DNA of 58,853 nucleotides from Sphingobacteriia bacterium (lineage in GTDB: Bacteria > Bacteroidota > Bacteroidia > NS11-12g > UBA9320), in contig VMDK01000043.1 in NCBI GenBank assembly GCA_008080835.1, positions 1-58,853 of the forward strand, given 5' to 3'. A program made the position numbers and the translations under genes. Below are positions 34,014-44,613 of the stretch, one piece after another. Within the stretch, counting starts at the first letter, position 1. Every line of letters begins with the position of its first letter. The notes beneath the pieces are model-generated. The model saw nothing but the letters and a program-made list of their open reading frames with translations. It was not told where the DNA came from and ran no database searches.

Positions 34014-34511
34014 ATGAATCACTGGAATTCCATAGCAGATCACGGAAGAGTTTGGATCTATACGACCAAACGCCCATTGAAGAAATCCGAAGAGCAGCAG
34101 ATCTCCGAGACACTGGAGAAATTCTGCGAGAAATGGGCAGCCCACGGAAACGATCTTTTTGCGGGGCACGAGATCAAACATCATCGCTTCATCGTACTCA
34201 CAGTGGATGAGGAAAAAGCAGCTGCAAGCGGATGTAGCATCGACAGCTCTGTTGCAGTCATGCGCGACATAGACGCTGCCATGGATCTCGACCTGTTCAA
34301 TCGTACAAGGATCTATCTCGTCACGGACGAAGAAATTGAGCAGACCGATCTTGCCACGGCTCGCACCATGATCGAAAATGGAACTTGGTCGGGAGATACA
34401 CAGATCGTTAACACAACCGTTCTCACCAAAGGTGATTGGGTTAAAGCTCCCTTGATCCGCATACGGGACAGTTGGATGAAAAGATTTTTGAAGGAAGATC
34501 AGATCGCCTGA
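34014..34511 (+). CDS. conserved hypothetical protein (family often mislabelled ABC transporter ATPase in Flavobacteriia)
   Basis: 165-aa ORF beginning 8 nt after the CCG-domain gene. Contains an ASGCSID motif. Function unknown. Confidence 0.6.
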   Translation: MNHWNSIADHGRVWIYTTKRPLKKSEEQQISETLEKFCEKWAAHGNDLFAGHEIKHHRFIVLTVDEEKAAASGCSIDSSVAVMRDIDAAMDLDLFNRTRIYLVTDEEIEQTDLATARTMIENGTWSGDTQIVNTTVLTKGDWVKAPLIRIRDSWMKRFLKEDQIA

Positions 34512-34517
34512 TCAGGC

Positions 34518-35084
34518 TTAATCTTCGAGTTTGTCCAGATACGCTTCCACGACTTCCGGAACCAGGAATTTGACACTCTTACCCATGCGCTTGTACGAGC
34601 GAACGAGCGTCGACGATATGTTCAGCATAGGTCCCTTCATCACACGTACCTTCTGATTCTTAGCAAAGTCACCACCGGTACTTGAATCGCGATTGTACAC
34701 GATCAGATCATAGTCGAGCAGGATCTGCTCATGCTCTTTCCACTTGTCGAAGTGCTCCAGGTTGTCCGATCCAAGGATCAACACAAATTCTTCATCGGGA
34801 TGATCTTCTCCGAGCTTCTGTAATGTATTGAAGGTATAAGACGGGCGCGGCATGTCGAACTCAACGCTGCAAGCCTTGAACTGAGGTTGCGGTTCTATGG
34901 CCAGTTCCACCATTTTCAAACGGTCTTTCTCGTCGATCAGATCCGAGCCGGACTTCAATGGATTCTGTGGAGATACAACAAACCATATCTCGTTGAGATC
35001 CGTCTGGTTCAGAATGAACTGAGCCACAATGAGGTGTCCTGTGTGAATGGGATTGAATGAACCGAAAAATAAACCTGTACGCAT
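34518..35084 (-). CDS. nadD: nicotinate-nucleotide adenylyltransferase
   Basis: GLFFGSFNPIHTGHL (HxGH nucleotidyltransferase motif) and ISSTLVR. Confidence 0.92.
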   Translation of the reverse strand: MRTGLFFGSFNPIHTGHLIVAQFILNQTDLNEIWFVVSPQNPLKSGSDLIDEKDRLKMVELAIEPQPQFKACSVEFDMPRPSYTFNTLQKLGEDHPDEEFVLILGSDNLEHFDKWKEHEQILLDYDLIVYNRDSSTGGDFAKNQKVRVMKGPMLNISSTLVRSYKRMGKSVKFLVPEVVEAYLDKLED

Positions 35085-35085
35085 A

Positions 35086-35649
35086 TTAATTCTTGAGGAA
35101 ATAGTGCACTATACTCTCAGATTCTGTAAAAGTATGTTCTAAAACGTTGTTAATCAACACTATGTCGAACTTTTCCTGAAAGCCCAACTCATATTCTGCC
35201 TTATCGAGACGCTTTTTCACCTCATCGGCATTCTCTGTATTTCGACCTTCGAGGCGATTCTTCAACTCCTCAAATGATGGGGTTCGGAGAAAGATCGCAA
35301 GTGCCTTCTGACCGTAGTGTTCTTTGATGTTGATGCCTCCCATGACATCCACGTCAAACACCACAGCCTTACCCAGATCCCAGATCCTTTGCACTTCAGA
35401 TTTGAGAGTACCATAAAACCTTCCGGGATACACTTCTTCGTATTCCAGGAAATCTCCCGCTTGGATTCGGCGACGAAATTCATTTTCGCTCAGGAAGTAG
35501 TAATCCGCTCCATCCACTTCGTGTTCACGTTGTGGTCTGGTGGTTGCACTTACGCTGAATTCGAGATCATCGATCTGCTCCAATAGGTGACGAACCACAG
35601 TGGTTTTACCGGATCCGGATGGTGCTGAAAAGATGATGACTTTCTCCAC
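35086..35649 (-). CDS. gmk: guanylate kinase
   Basis: P-loop SAPSGSGKTT, then TTRPQREHEVDGADYYF. GTG start. Confidence 0.92.
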   Translation of the reverse strand: MEKVIIFSAPSGSGKTTVVRHLLEQIDDLEFSVSATTRPQREHEVDGADYYFLSENEFRRRIQAGDFLEYEEVYPGRFYGTLKSEVQRIWDLGKAVVFDVDVMGGINIKEHYGQKALAIFLRTPSFEELKNRLEGRNTENADEVKKRLDKAEYELGFQEKFDIVLINNVLEHTFTESESIVHYFLKN

Positions 35650-35701
35650 GGGGCAAAGTAACGAAGTATAATTCGTTTGAGCGAGTAAAGCGCCCTAAAG
35701 A

Positions 35702-36577
35702 TCAGAGTACATTGAGAACTTGTTCCTTGATCATTTCCAACTCTTCCTTCATATCGATCACGATCCGTTGAACCGGTGCATAATATGCCTTGGAACCCAT
35801 GGTATTGATCTCCCGACCCATTTCCTGACTGATGAAGCCAAGCTTCTTGCCGCTGCAATTTCCTTCTAACTCCTGATTGAACAGATCGCAATGTGACTTC
35901 AGACGGTTCTTTTCTTCGGTGATGTCATATTTCTCGAGATAGTACAGCAATTCTTGTTCGAATCGACCTTCGTCCATTTCTCCTTGTTTCACCAGGTCAT
36001 CCAATCCACTTCTCAACCTCGTGCGGACCTCTTCTCTCCTGCTTGCATCATACTCTGCGATGCTTGGCAACAACTCCGCGCCGATCTTTTTACTGTGACC
36101 TCTCAGATATTCCTGGAGTTCCTGACCTTCCTTGATGCGATATTGGTCAAGTTGTTCTACCGCTTGCTTGAAGCAATCACAGACCGCTTCGAAATCAGCA
36201 TCGGATATACCGTCTTCTGATGATGTGAACACTTCTGGCATTTGAGATACTGATCGGAACAGGCCTGTCTTGTCGGCTTGCATATCATCAGCCAGCTTCT
36301 CAAGCTCCCGATAATACTTGCGAGCAAGATCCTCGTTGAGCTTCATGGCTACACTGTCGGCACCCTTGTCCTCGAGGTAGATGTTCACGGTTATGCTTCC
36401 CCTCTTAAGCTGACCGCCGAAAAGCTGACGCAGTTCCACTTCACGACTGTTCAAACTACGCGGCATGCGCATATTCAGATCGAGATACTTCCCGTTGAGG
36501 GATTTGATCTCTATCCGAATGTGATAGTTCTCGCTTTCTGCTTTGGCTTGTCCAAAGCCTGTCATGGATCGGATCAT
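35702..36577 (-). CDS. yicC: YicC family stress-induced protein / endoribonuclease
   Basis: MIRSMTGFGQA start, and a C-terminal EMGREINTMGSKA motif typical of YicC. The start overlaps the upstream stop (ATGA). Confidence 0.9.
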   Translation of the reverse strand: MIRSMTGFGQAKAESENYHIRIEIKSLNGKYLDLNMRMPRSLNSREVELRQLFGGQLKRGSITVNIYLEDKGADSVAMKLNEDLARKYYRELEKLADDMQADKTGLFRSVSQMPEVFTSSEDGISDADFEAVCDCFKQAVEQLDQYRIKEGQELQEYLRGHSKKIGAELLPSIAEYDASRREEVRTRLRSGLDDLVKQGEMDEGRFEQELLYYLEKYDITEEKNRLKSHCDLFNQELEGNCSGKKLGFISQEMGREINTMGSKAYYAPVQRIVIDMKEELEMIKEQVLNVL

Positions 36578-37464
36578 GTGCGTCTTTTGAATTTGCCCAC
36601 CAGGTAAACCCCTGTGCAAATGAGCATAGCAAAGATAACCCTTTCAAAAGAGAGGACTTCTTTACCCAAAAACTGCGCAATCACAGTGGCAATGACGGGT
36701 TGGAGGTAGATGTAAGAACCTACCAGAACAGGTGATGCTTTTTGAACGGCCCAGGCATTTAGGAAGTATGCGAAAAAGGTCGTCGCTATGGCGACAAATG
36801 CCAAACTCGCCCAGGCTCTCGGTGAAAATGCCCCGAAGTCCACTGCCATCAACTCCGGCATCCCAAACGGAAGCACAATGAGTACTCCAAATGCAAAAGT
36901 CCAACGGGTGATGGTAGCAGCACTATACTTTTGAAGCAGTGGTTTAACATAGACCAAGTAGAAGGCAAAACTGATCGCATTGATCACGATCATCAGATCC
37001 CCTTGCGCTGTACGAGAATCAAATTCGAGTGCGCTCCCTCCTATCAACAAGACAGCACCCACGGCTGAGATCAATACACCGGCTATCTGCCACTTATGCG
37101 GTTTCTCCTTGAGCAAAAGCGCGGAGAAGCCCAGGACGAATACCGGTGCGTTCAACATCAAGACACTGGCATTGAGCTCATTGGTAAATGCCAGTCCATT
37201 GAAAAAGAACAGCATATTGGTAGCCACTCCGAAAAATCCTGCGATGAACAGTCGAACGAAGTCCTTTCGGTCACTGACCTTTTCCCGAACAAATGCGCGG
37301 TGAAAAGAAAAGAACAAGAACGCCGCAACAGCTACCCGAAGAAGAATAAACCCGGATGGTCCAATGAGATCCGGCATGATCCCCTTGGCTATGGAATATG
37401 TGCTTCCATAGATGAGCGACACCGTGATGAGAGCTCCGTGTACCTTTAATGTCTGTTTATCCAA
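36574..37464 (-). CDS. DMT superfamily (EamA-like) transporter
   Basis: Ten hydrophobic helices in two EamA-like halves. TTG start 1 nt after the menC stop. Confidence 0.8.
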   Translation of the reverse strand: MDKQTLKVHGALITVSLIYGSTYSIAKGIMPDLIGPSGFILLRVAVAAFLFFSFHRAFVREKVSDRKDFVRLFIAGFFGVATNMLFFFNGLAFTNELNASVLMLNAPVFVLGFSALLLKEKPHKWQIAGVLISAVGAVLLIGGSALEFDSRTAQGDLMIVINAISFAFYLVYVKPLLQKYSAATITRWTFAFGVLIVLPFGMPELMAVDFGAFSPRAWASLAFVAIATTFFAYFLNAWAVQKASPVLVGSYIYLQPVIATVIAQFLGKEVLSFERVIFAMLICTGVYLVGKFKRRT

Positions 37465-37465
37465 G

Positions 37466-38542
37466 TTATTGATCCTTCAATTCGAAAATCAGATCAGCAT
37501 CCGAGAGAAAGTCCTCCAAATCCCAGGCACCTGCCTTATCATAATGCAGAGCCTGATCCTTCACATATAATGGAGAGGGTATATTGTCGACAAACAGTGA
37601 ACCTGTGCCTAGTCCTTGTGGCATATCCGGATGCTTGGATGCGGCCCATTGAGCAATTCCGTTGAGTCCGAGATCGGATTCCAAAGCTGATGTCGCCCAC
37701 CATCCGCATCCATATCGATCAGCCAGTTCCACCCAATGATCGGCTGCCCGGTAACCTCCGATAAGATTTGGCTTGAGTATGATGTATTGTGGTTGAATCA
37801 CTTCCAGAAGCTCATGCTGTCGGGCACCTGTTACTCCGATCAATTCCTCGTCCAATGCAATAGGTATCGGTGAATTACTACACAGATCAGCCATAGCTTC
37901 CCATTCACCGGGACGTATGGGTTGCTCTATGCTATGGATGTCAAATTCGTCCAATCGCTCCAGCCTTGTGAGCGCATCTTCCATCCAAAATGCTCCATTT
38001 GCATCGAGTCGGATCTCGAGCTCCCTGTGCTGCGCTCGTAGCTTACGAAGCAAGGCCAGCTCCTGGTCAAAATCATGAGCACCAATTTTGAGCTTGATAC
38101 ATTGAAAACCTGCCTTGACCTTTTCATGTGCTTCCGTCCTCATATCATTGAGCGCAGCCATCCAAACCAACCCATTGATCCTGATGGGCTCACCTTGAGT
38201 GAATTGCTGATCGAATAATGTATGGGTGCCTCCGTTTCTAAGATCCAACAAGGCAGTTTCCAAACCGAATTGCAAAGAAGGAAGATGGCTGAAGTCGAAC
38301 TCGTTTCGTTCAGAACTTTCATACCAATCGCTCAGAGCTGATTGTAGTGCCTTATCATAGTTTGGCGTATCGTCCACACTCAATAACGAAAGTGGCGCGG
38401 CTTCACCATGACCATGAATACCATTCTCGTCTGTCAGCCTGATAATATTGATCGAGCGCTCTGTGAATACGTTGCGCGAAGTCTTCGCAGGTTTGCGAAA
38501 GTGAATGTTTCGATTGAATACCTGAACTCGCTTGATCACCAT
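37466..38542 (-). CDS. menC: o-succinylbenzoate synthase / enolase-superfamily enzyme
   Basis: Enolase-superfamily metal-ligand context (KLKIG..., RLDANGAF, IEQP, DEEL) and adjacency to menA. I prefer the ATG at 38542. Confidence 0.75.
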   Translation of the reverse strand: MVIKRVQVFNRNIHFRKPAKTSRNVFTERSINIIRLTDENGIHGHGEAAPLSLLSVDDTPNYDKALQSALSDWYESSERNEFDFSHLPSLQFGLETALLDLRNGGTHTLFDQQFTQGEPIRINGLVWMAALNDMRTEAHEKVKAGFQCIKLKIGAHDFDQELALLRKLRAQHRELEIRLDANGAFWMEDALTRLERLDEFDIHSIEQPIRPGEWEAMADLCSNSPIPIALDEELIGVTGARQHELLEVIQPQYIILKPNLIGGYRAADHWVELADRYGCGWWATSALESDLGLNGIAQWAASKHPDMPQGLGTGSLFVDNIPSPLYVKDQALHYDKAGAWDLEDFLSDADLIFELKDQ

Positions 38543-39432
38543 GAGTACATACTGAACAGCACTACCCATAATATGTTGAGCAGCACGAACTGTTTGAGTG
38601 CGCGATTGTATACCGGTCTGTCGCTGTGATCAAATGACCTGAGTCGGAGCCAATGCCAGAAGTACACCGGGAACAGCGCATAATAACTTACCAGTAGCTC
38701 TCCGTGATAATAGTGAAAGAGCGCACCGAGCAGGAACGCCGCAAGTATTGTCACCATCTGGTACTGCTCTGCGGTGCGTCGGCCGAGTTTGACGGCTACC
38801 GTGATCTTTGCGTTCGACTTATCGCCATCGATGTCGCGAATGTTGTTGATGTTCAAAACGCCTACCGACAATAGCCCAAAAGCAGTGGCAGGCAAAAGCG
38901 ACATCCAAATATTATCAGCATTCCCTTCATGCAGGACCATGGTCCCGCTCACAGCCACCCATCCGAAGAAGACAAGTACTGCCACATCACCGAGAGCATT
39001 GTATCCATATGCACCTTTACCCACGGTATACTTCAACGCTGCTGTGATAGCCAGAATTCCGGTGAGGAAAAAGATCACCGAGCGAAGGTCAGGGACTCCA
39101 AAGGCCAGATAGATGAGATAGCCTCCGCTTCCCAGACAAAGCAGCACAAAAGTCCAAAGGGCTGTTTTCATCTGTCCCGGACTGATCTGACCACTTGCCA
39201 ATGCGCGATCTGCGCGCACGTCATCATCTGTTCCTTTCACATAATCCCCATAATCATTGGCCAGATTCGAGAGGATCTGTAGCAATAAGGCTGTGACAAT
39301 GGTCCATATGAGTACGTCTTTGTGGAAGGAGTCATGGCCATAAGCCAAAACAGAACCCAAGCCGACAGATGCAAGTGCCAGAGGCAGGGTGCGAAGTCGA
39401 AATGCTCTGATCCAGGCCTTGATCATGATCAC
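38536..39432 (-). CDS. menA: 1,4-dihydroxy-2-naphthoate polyprenyltransferase
   Basis: UbiA-family prenyltransferase motifs (NLANDYGDYVKGTD, second Asp-rich region NNIRDIDGD) and ~8 TM helices. Confidence 0.88.
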   Translation of the reverse strand: MIMIKAWIRAFRLRTLPLALASVGLGSVLAYGHDSFHKDVLIWTIVTALLLQILSNLANDYGDYVKGTDDDVRADRALASGQISPGQMKTALWTFVLLCLGSGGYLIYLAFGVPDLRSVIFFLTGILAITAALKYTVGKGAYGYNALGDVAVLVFFGWVAVSGTMVLHEGNADNIWMSLLPATAFGLLSVGVLNINNIRDIDGDKSNAKITVAVKLGRRTAEQYQMVTILAAFLLGALFHYYHGELLVSYYALFPVYFWHWLRLRSFDHSDRPVYNRALKQFVLLNILWVVLFSMYSW

Positions 39433-40199
39433 AAACTGGAGGTGCGACCGCCATCGACGACCACATTGGTTCCGTTGATATAGGACGCTTTGTCGGATGC
39501 CAGGAAGGTAGCTGCGTATGCTAACTCTTCCGGTTGGCCGAATCTTCCAGCCGGAATTGCACTGAGCATTTTCTGTGAAGCTTCATCTTTACTACTGCCT
39601 GATTTGGCAGCTTTGTTCGAAATAATGGAGCTCAAGCGCTCAGTCTCGGTAGCACCGGGTAGAATATTGTTGACTGTGATCCCAAAACTACCAAGCTCGT
39701 TGGCAAGCGTTTTCGACCAATTAGCCACTGCACCTCGAATAGTGTTCGAAACACCAAGCCCATTCAATGGCTGTTTCACTGAGGTACTGATCACATTGAT
39801 CACACGCCCATACCCCGCTGATCTCATTCCGGGTATGCAATGCTGAACGAGAATATGATTGCAAAGCAAATGTTGCTGAAATGCACTGACAAAGGCATCG
39901 GTTTCTGCATCTGTGATAGGACCGCCCGGAGGGCCTCCTGTATTGTTCACGAGTATGTGATAATCGGTATTGCTGTTTGCCAAAGCCTTTCGCAGTTCAT
40001 CGGGTTTTGAAAAGTCGGCGCAGATGCAGTCATGGCCTTCTCCATTGAGCTGATCTCGAACTTCAACAAGCTTCATTTCATTCCGAGCAACCAGAGTGAC
40101 CCGGGCACCACTATTCGCGAATTCTTCCGCTATGGCACGTCCGATTCCCTGCGTGCTGCCACATACCAGGGCATTCTTTCCGTTAAGATCTATTTCCAT
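39429..40199 (-). CDS. SDR family oxidoreductase
   Basis: GSTQGIG (TGxxxGIG) cofactor motif, NNTG, and a catalytic S...Y..SK-like region (VSNTIRGAV). Confidence 0.85.
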   Translation of the reverse strand: MEIDLNGKNALVCGSTQGIGRAIAEEFANSGARVTLVARNEMKLVEVRDQLNGEGHDCICADFSKPDELRKALANSNTDYHILVNNTGGPPGGPITDAETDAFVSAFQQHLLCNHILVQHCIPGMRSAGYGRVINVISTSVKQPLNGLGVSNTIRGAVANWSKTLANELGSFGITVNNILPGATETERLSSIISNKAAKSGSSKDEASQKMLSAIPAGRFGQPEELAYAATFLASDKASYINGTNVVVDGGRTSSL

Positions 40200-41389
40200 C
40201 AGGATATCACGTTGAGTTCCTTACCAATTTTGACAAATGCCGCGACTGCTCTTTCTAGTTGCTCACGACTGTGCGCTGCGCTCATTTGTACACGGATCCT
40301 TGCTTGTCCTTTTGGCACAACCGGGAAGTAGAATCCGATCACGTAGATCCCTTCATCGAGCAATTTGGACGCAAAGTCCTGTGACAGCTTTGCATCGTAT
40401 AACATGATCGGTACGATCGGATGCACTCCCGGTTTGATATCAAATCCGGCGTCTGTCATGGCTTGTCGGAAATAGGTCGTGTTGTCTTCCAGTTTATCGC
40501 GAAGCTCAGTGGTCCCACCAAGCATATCCAATACAGCGATCGATGCCCCGACGATCGAAGGAGCAACTGTATTACTGAACAAATATGGACGCGAACGTTG
40601 TCTGAGAATATCGATGATCTCCTTTCTACCGGAGGTAAATCCTCCACTTGCACCACCGAGTGCTTTCCCAAGTGTACCCGTAATGATGTCGATGCGTCCC
40701 ATCACATCACAATGCTCATGCGTTCCTCTTCCGGTCTTTCCAATGAACCCACTTGCATGGCATTCGTCGATCATGATCAAGGCATTGTATTTCTCGGCCA
40801 GGTCACAGATCTTGTCGAGTTGGGCAATGGTACCATCCATGCTGAACACCCCGTCGGTAACAATGATGCGGTTCTCAGCGCTCTGACTCTCCTTCAAACA
40901 GCGCTCGAGATCATCCATATTGTTGTGCTCATATCGATAACGGGCAGCCTTGCACAAGCGCACACCATCAATAATGGATGCGTGGTTCAATGCATCACTA
41001 ATGATAGCATCGTCCTTACCCAGGATGGGTTCGAAAACACCACCATTTGCGTCGAATGCCGCTGCATAAAGAATGGTATCCTCCGTACCTAAAAACTCGC
41101 TGATCTTGCGTTCCAACTCTTTGTGAATGTCTTGAGTTCCGCAGATGAAGCGAACGGATGACATCCCATAACCGTGCGAATCAATGGCTCGCTTTGCGGC
41201 ATCGATCACTTTCGGGTGAGACGACAATCCGAGATAGTTGTTTGCACAGAAGTTCAGCACTTTACTTCCATCTTGCAAAGTGATCTCTGCATCCTGAGGA
41301 GAAGCGATGATGCGTTCCTCTTTATATAATCCGGCTTCCCGGATGTCTTCCAATTCCTTTTGAAGCTTTGGTTTGAGCGTATCGAACAT
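40199..41389 (-). CDS. kbl: glycine C-acetyltransferase (2-amino-3-ketobutyrate CoA ligase)
   Basis: Class II aminotransferase / alpha-oxoamine synthase motifs ([19 protein letters not shown] with the PLP lysine). I prefer the ATG at 41389 ([23 protein letters not shown]). Confidence 0.9.
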   Translation of the reverse strand: MFDTLKPKLQKELEDIREAGLYKEERIIASPQDAEITLQDGSKVLNFCANNYLGLSSHPKVIDAAKRAIDSHGYGMSSVRFICGTQDIHKELERKISEFLGTEDTILYAAAFDANGGVFEPILGKDDAIISDALNHASIIDGVRLCKAARYRYEHNNMDDLERCLKESQSAENRIIVTDGVFSMDGTIAQLDKICDLAEKYNALIMIDECHASGFIGKTGRGTHEHCDVMGRIDIITGTLGKALGGASGGFTSGRKEIIDILRQRSRPYLFSNTVAPSIVGASIAVLDMLGGTTELRDKLEDNTTYFRQAMTDAGFDIKPGVHPIVPIMLYDAKLSQDFASKLLDEGIYVIGFYFPVVPKGQARIRVQMSAAHSREQLERAVAAFVKIGKELNVIS

Positions 41390-41663
41390 AGACTGTGTTT
41401 TTGCGACAAAATTAGACGAATTGAGGGATTGGCGGTCAATCTGACGTAATGGCACGAACTGACATCCAATAACCTGACGTATCAACCTGCTGAGAGTGGA
41501 GTTCATACATTCATCAGTAAAAACCGGCTTTTTATCCTTTTGGCAGAACTATTGCCCTTCACCGGTAGTTAAAGGCAATTAAATATTGCACTACCTTCGC
41601 GACACTTCGGGCTGCCGCTTGTTATTAGTGCGTTGAGAAGGTAATAATTGAACAACATTAGAA

Positions 41664-43823
41664 ATGGCAGAAGATAAAAATCAAAAACCCAAGATCGTAT
41701 TCAAAAGAGAAGGTCCGGAGGATCCCAAAGGGTCCGGACAGCCTGAGAATCGTGGACCACGGTTCAACTTCTACTGGATCTATGCGATCATAGGGATCTT
41801 TTTCCTGGCCATGCTCCTGTTCCCAATGCAAAGCGCAGAGGAGCTGAGTAAAGGTGAATTGCTTGAAATGGTCCGTGAAGGACAGGTTGAGAAGATCGTG
41901 GTCGTGAACCGAAAGCGTGCAGACATCTATCTCACAGATAGCGCAAAACTCACCGACCAGCACAAGAAGAAAGTACAGGAACGTGGGATCCTTTCAAATC
42001 CCTCAGGCCCAACTTATTCCATGAAGGATATAGGGGACTATCAGACCTTCGATGCCGACATAGAAGAAGCACAGAAAGACATTGCGATCAACGATCGTCT
42101 TCAGATAGATACTACCACAGAGAAGGAGTACGACGGTATATTCAATTGGATCATATTCTTCGCATTACTCTTCCTCTTCTGGTATTTGATGATGCGTAGA
42201 ATGGGTGGCCCATCTGGTGGTGGAGCCGGTCAGATCTTCAACATTGGAAAGTCGAAAGCACAGCTCTTTGAAAAAGGCACGAAAGTGAATGTCTCTTTCA
42301 AGGATGTTGCAGGACTGGAAGAAGCCAAGGTCGAGGTCATGGAAGTCGTGGACTTCCTCAAGAACCCGAAGAAATACACAGACCTTGGAGGAAAGATCCC
42401 TAAAGGAGTTCTCCTGGTAGGCCCTCCGGGTACAGGTAAAACGTTGATGGCGAAAGCTGTTGCCGGTGAGGCTGATGTACCATTCTTCTCACTATCAGGG
42501 TCGGATTTCGTGGAGATGTTCGTAGGAGTTGGTGCATCACGTGTGCGCGACCTCTTCAAGCAAGCAAAAGAGAAAGCACCTTGTATCATCTTCATCGATG
42601 AGATCGATGCCATCGGACGAGCACGGGGCAAAAGTGCCATGCAAGGAGCGAACGATGAACGTGAGAATACCCTGAACCAACTTCTGACCGAGATGGATGG
42701 ATTTGGAACAGATACGGGTGTGATCATTCTGGGAGCAACCAACCGTCCGGATATTCTGGATTCGGCGTTGCTTCGTCCGGGACGATTCGACCGCCAGATC
42801 GGTATTGACAAACCCGACCTCAATGGTCGTGAACAGATATTCAAGGTTCACCTCGAACCGCTCAAGAGACTTGCTCCTGAAGTTAACGCCAAGAAACTAG
42901 CTGCTCAGACTCCGGGATTTGCGGGAGCTGAGATAGCCAACGTCTGTAACGAGGCTGCATTGATAGCTGCTCGAAAAGACAAGAAGCAAGTTGAGATGCA
43001 GGACTTCCAGGATGCGATCGACCGGGTGATCGGAGGATTGGAGAAAAAGAACAAGATCATCAGTCCGGAAGAGAAAAAGATCGTTGCATATCACGAAGCC
43101 GGTCACGCCATTGTGGGCTGGTTCCTCGAACATGCTGATCCATTGGTAAAAGTGAGTATCGTTCCTCGGGGAATGGCAGCATTGGGATATGCTCAGTATT
43201 TGCCTAAGGAGCAATACCTGTATCGTACAGAACAACTACTGGATTCCATGTGTATGACTCTTGGTGGTCGGGCTTCAGAAGAGGTTTTCTTCGGCAAGAT
43301 CAGTACCGGAGCTCAGAACGACCTGGAGCGTATCACCAAAATGGCTTATGCCATGGTGACGTTGTACGGCATGAACCACAAAGTAGGAAACGTCTCTTTC
43401 AATGATCCGAAAGGTGAGTACGGTTTCACGAAACCATACTCAGAGAAAACGGCGGAACTCATCGACGAGGAAGTTCGCTCATTGATCAGTGAAGCATACG
43501 AGCGAACCAAGAAACTCATCGAAGAGCGCAAGAACGAAACAGAGCTTTTGGCCAAGGAACTCCTCGAGAAAGAGATCCTATTCCAAAGCGACCTGGAACG
43601 ATTGATCGGTGAACGTCCATTTGATTCAAAAACCACGTACGATTCTTTCGTGAATGGCGAACCTAAGGGCGCTGAAGAGGAAGATGCGACAGAAGATGAA
43701 ACTCAAGCTTCAAAAGATGAGGTTGTAGAAGAATCTACCGTTGAATCTTCCGACAATGGAGAATCAGCAGAAACTGAAATTGCTGATAATCAGGAAGAGG
43801 CTGATGACAAACGCTCCGAATAG
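41664..43823 (+). CDS. ftsH: ATP-dependent zinc metalloprotease FtsH
   Basis: Walker A GPPGTGKT, Walker [12 protein letters not shown] region, and HEAGH zinc motif. Acidic C-terminal tail. Confidence 0.97.
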   Translation: MAEDKNQKPKIVFKREGPEDPKGSGQPENRGPRFNFYWIYAIIGIFFLAMLLFPMQSAEELSKGELLEMVREGQVEKIVVVNRKRADIYLTDSAKLTDQHKKKVQERGILSNPSGPTYSMKDIGDYQTFDADIEEAQKDIAINDRLQIDTTTEKEYDGIFNWIIFFALLFLFWYLMMRRMGGPSGGGAGQIFNIGKSKAQLFEKGTKVNVSFKDVAGLEEAKVEVMEVVDFLKNPKKYTDLGGKIPKGVLLVGPPGTGKTLMAKAVAGEADVPFFSLSGSDFVEMFVGVGASRVRDLFKQAKEKAPCIIFIDEIDAIGRARGKSAMQGANDERENTLNQLLTEMDGFGTDTGVIILGATNRPDILDSALLRPGRFDRQIGIDKPDLNGREQIFKVHLEPLKRLAPEVNAKKLAAQTPGFAGAEIANVCNEAALIAARKDKKQVEMQDFQDAIDRVIGGLEKKNKIISPEEKKIVAYHEAGHAIVGWFLEHADPLVKVSIVPRGMAALGYAQYLPKEQYLYRTEQLLDSMCMTLGGRASEEVFFGKISTGAQNDLERITKMAYAMVTLYGMNHKVGNVSFNDPKGEYGFTKPYSEKTAELIDEEVRSLISEAYERTKKLIEERKNETELLAKELLEKEILFQSDLERLIGERPFDSKTTYDSFVNGEPKGAEEEDATEDETQASKDEVVEESTVESSDNGESAETEIADNQEEADDKRSE

Positions 43824-44590
43824 AGCGCAGCATACTCAATGAATTCTCGAAATGCCCGGTGATACTCATCGGGCATTTCTTTTATACCGAGGTGACCACT
43901 GGGAAATAGTCTCACATCGATGTTCTTCCCTGTGGCAAATTGCTCCAGCACCACATCGGCGTTGTACATCTTATCTCTGGTCCCGATCATGATCTGCAAT
44001 GGCATATCGGTGGATCGGACCAGATCGATCTGATCCACACGCTCCATCATGCGATACATAGAAGCGATCACGGAGGATTGCGGTGTGACACTCACCATTT
44101 CGAGAAGTTCATTTATCCACTCATCACGGTGATCATTCTCTGCAGACAGTAGATCGCGAACGAATAGTTTGAAGAAGTCCTCAGTTCCGTGAGATCTGAT
44201 GAAGTCGATACTCTTTAATCTGTTCTGTGATTTCTCTTCCGAATCAGAAGCAGCATGTGAGTTGAACAAGCTCAATCCCAGCAGGCGATGGCTGTGGTGC
44301 TGCAACATGCTCAATCCAACGTACCCTCCCATTGAGTGTCCGGCAACGACAGCTTTCTCGACATTCAACTCATCCATCAATCCGATGACATGATCGGCGT
44401 TTTCACGAAGGTGAAGAACATCCTGATCCCGAGCTTCACCAAATCCGGGTAGATCGATGGTGATGATCTCATGGTCAGTGGCCAGAAGTGGAGCGAAATC
44501 ATTCCACATGGTCCGGTTCTCACAAAACCCATGAATAAAGATCACAGATCTGCCACTTCCTTGCTTGTTGTAAGAGTACTTCATGGACAT
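43790..44590 (-). CDS. alpha/beta hydrolase
   Basis: HGF oxyanion region (VIFIHGFC) and nucleophile elbow GHSMGG. The 3' end overlaps the ftsH 3' end by 34 nt. Start is uncertain (ATG at 44590 or 44584, TTG at 44608). Confidence 0.8.
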   Translation of the reverse strand: MSMKYSYNKQGSGRSVIFIHGFCENRTMWNDFAPLLATDHEIITIDLPGFGEARDQDVLHLRENADHVIGLMDELNVEKAVVAGHSMGGYVGLSMLQHHSHRLLGLSLFNSHAASDSEEKSQNRLKSIDFIRSHGTEDFFKLFVRDLLSAENDHRDEWINELLEMVSVTPQSSVIASMYRMMERVDQIDLVRSTDMPLQIMIGTRDKMYNADVVLEQFATGKNIDVRLFPSGHLGIKEMPDEYHRAFREFIEYAALYSERLSSASS

Positions 44591-44613
44591 CTCTAAAGTG
44601 AGATGCAAGGTAC

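Noticed and set aside
34518-41389. Eight-gene co-directional string (kbl, SDR, menA, menC, DMT, yicC, gmk, nadD) as a functional system
   Set aside because: The tight packing and 1-4-nt overlaps suggest co-transcription. However, the functions are unrelated housekeeping activities. This fits ordinary compact-genome organisation rather than a novel pathway.
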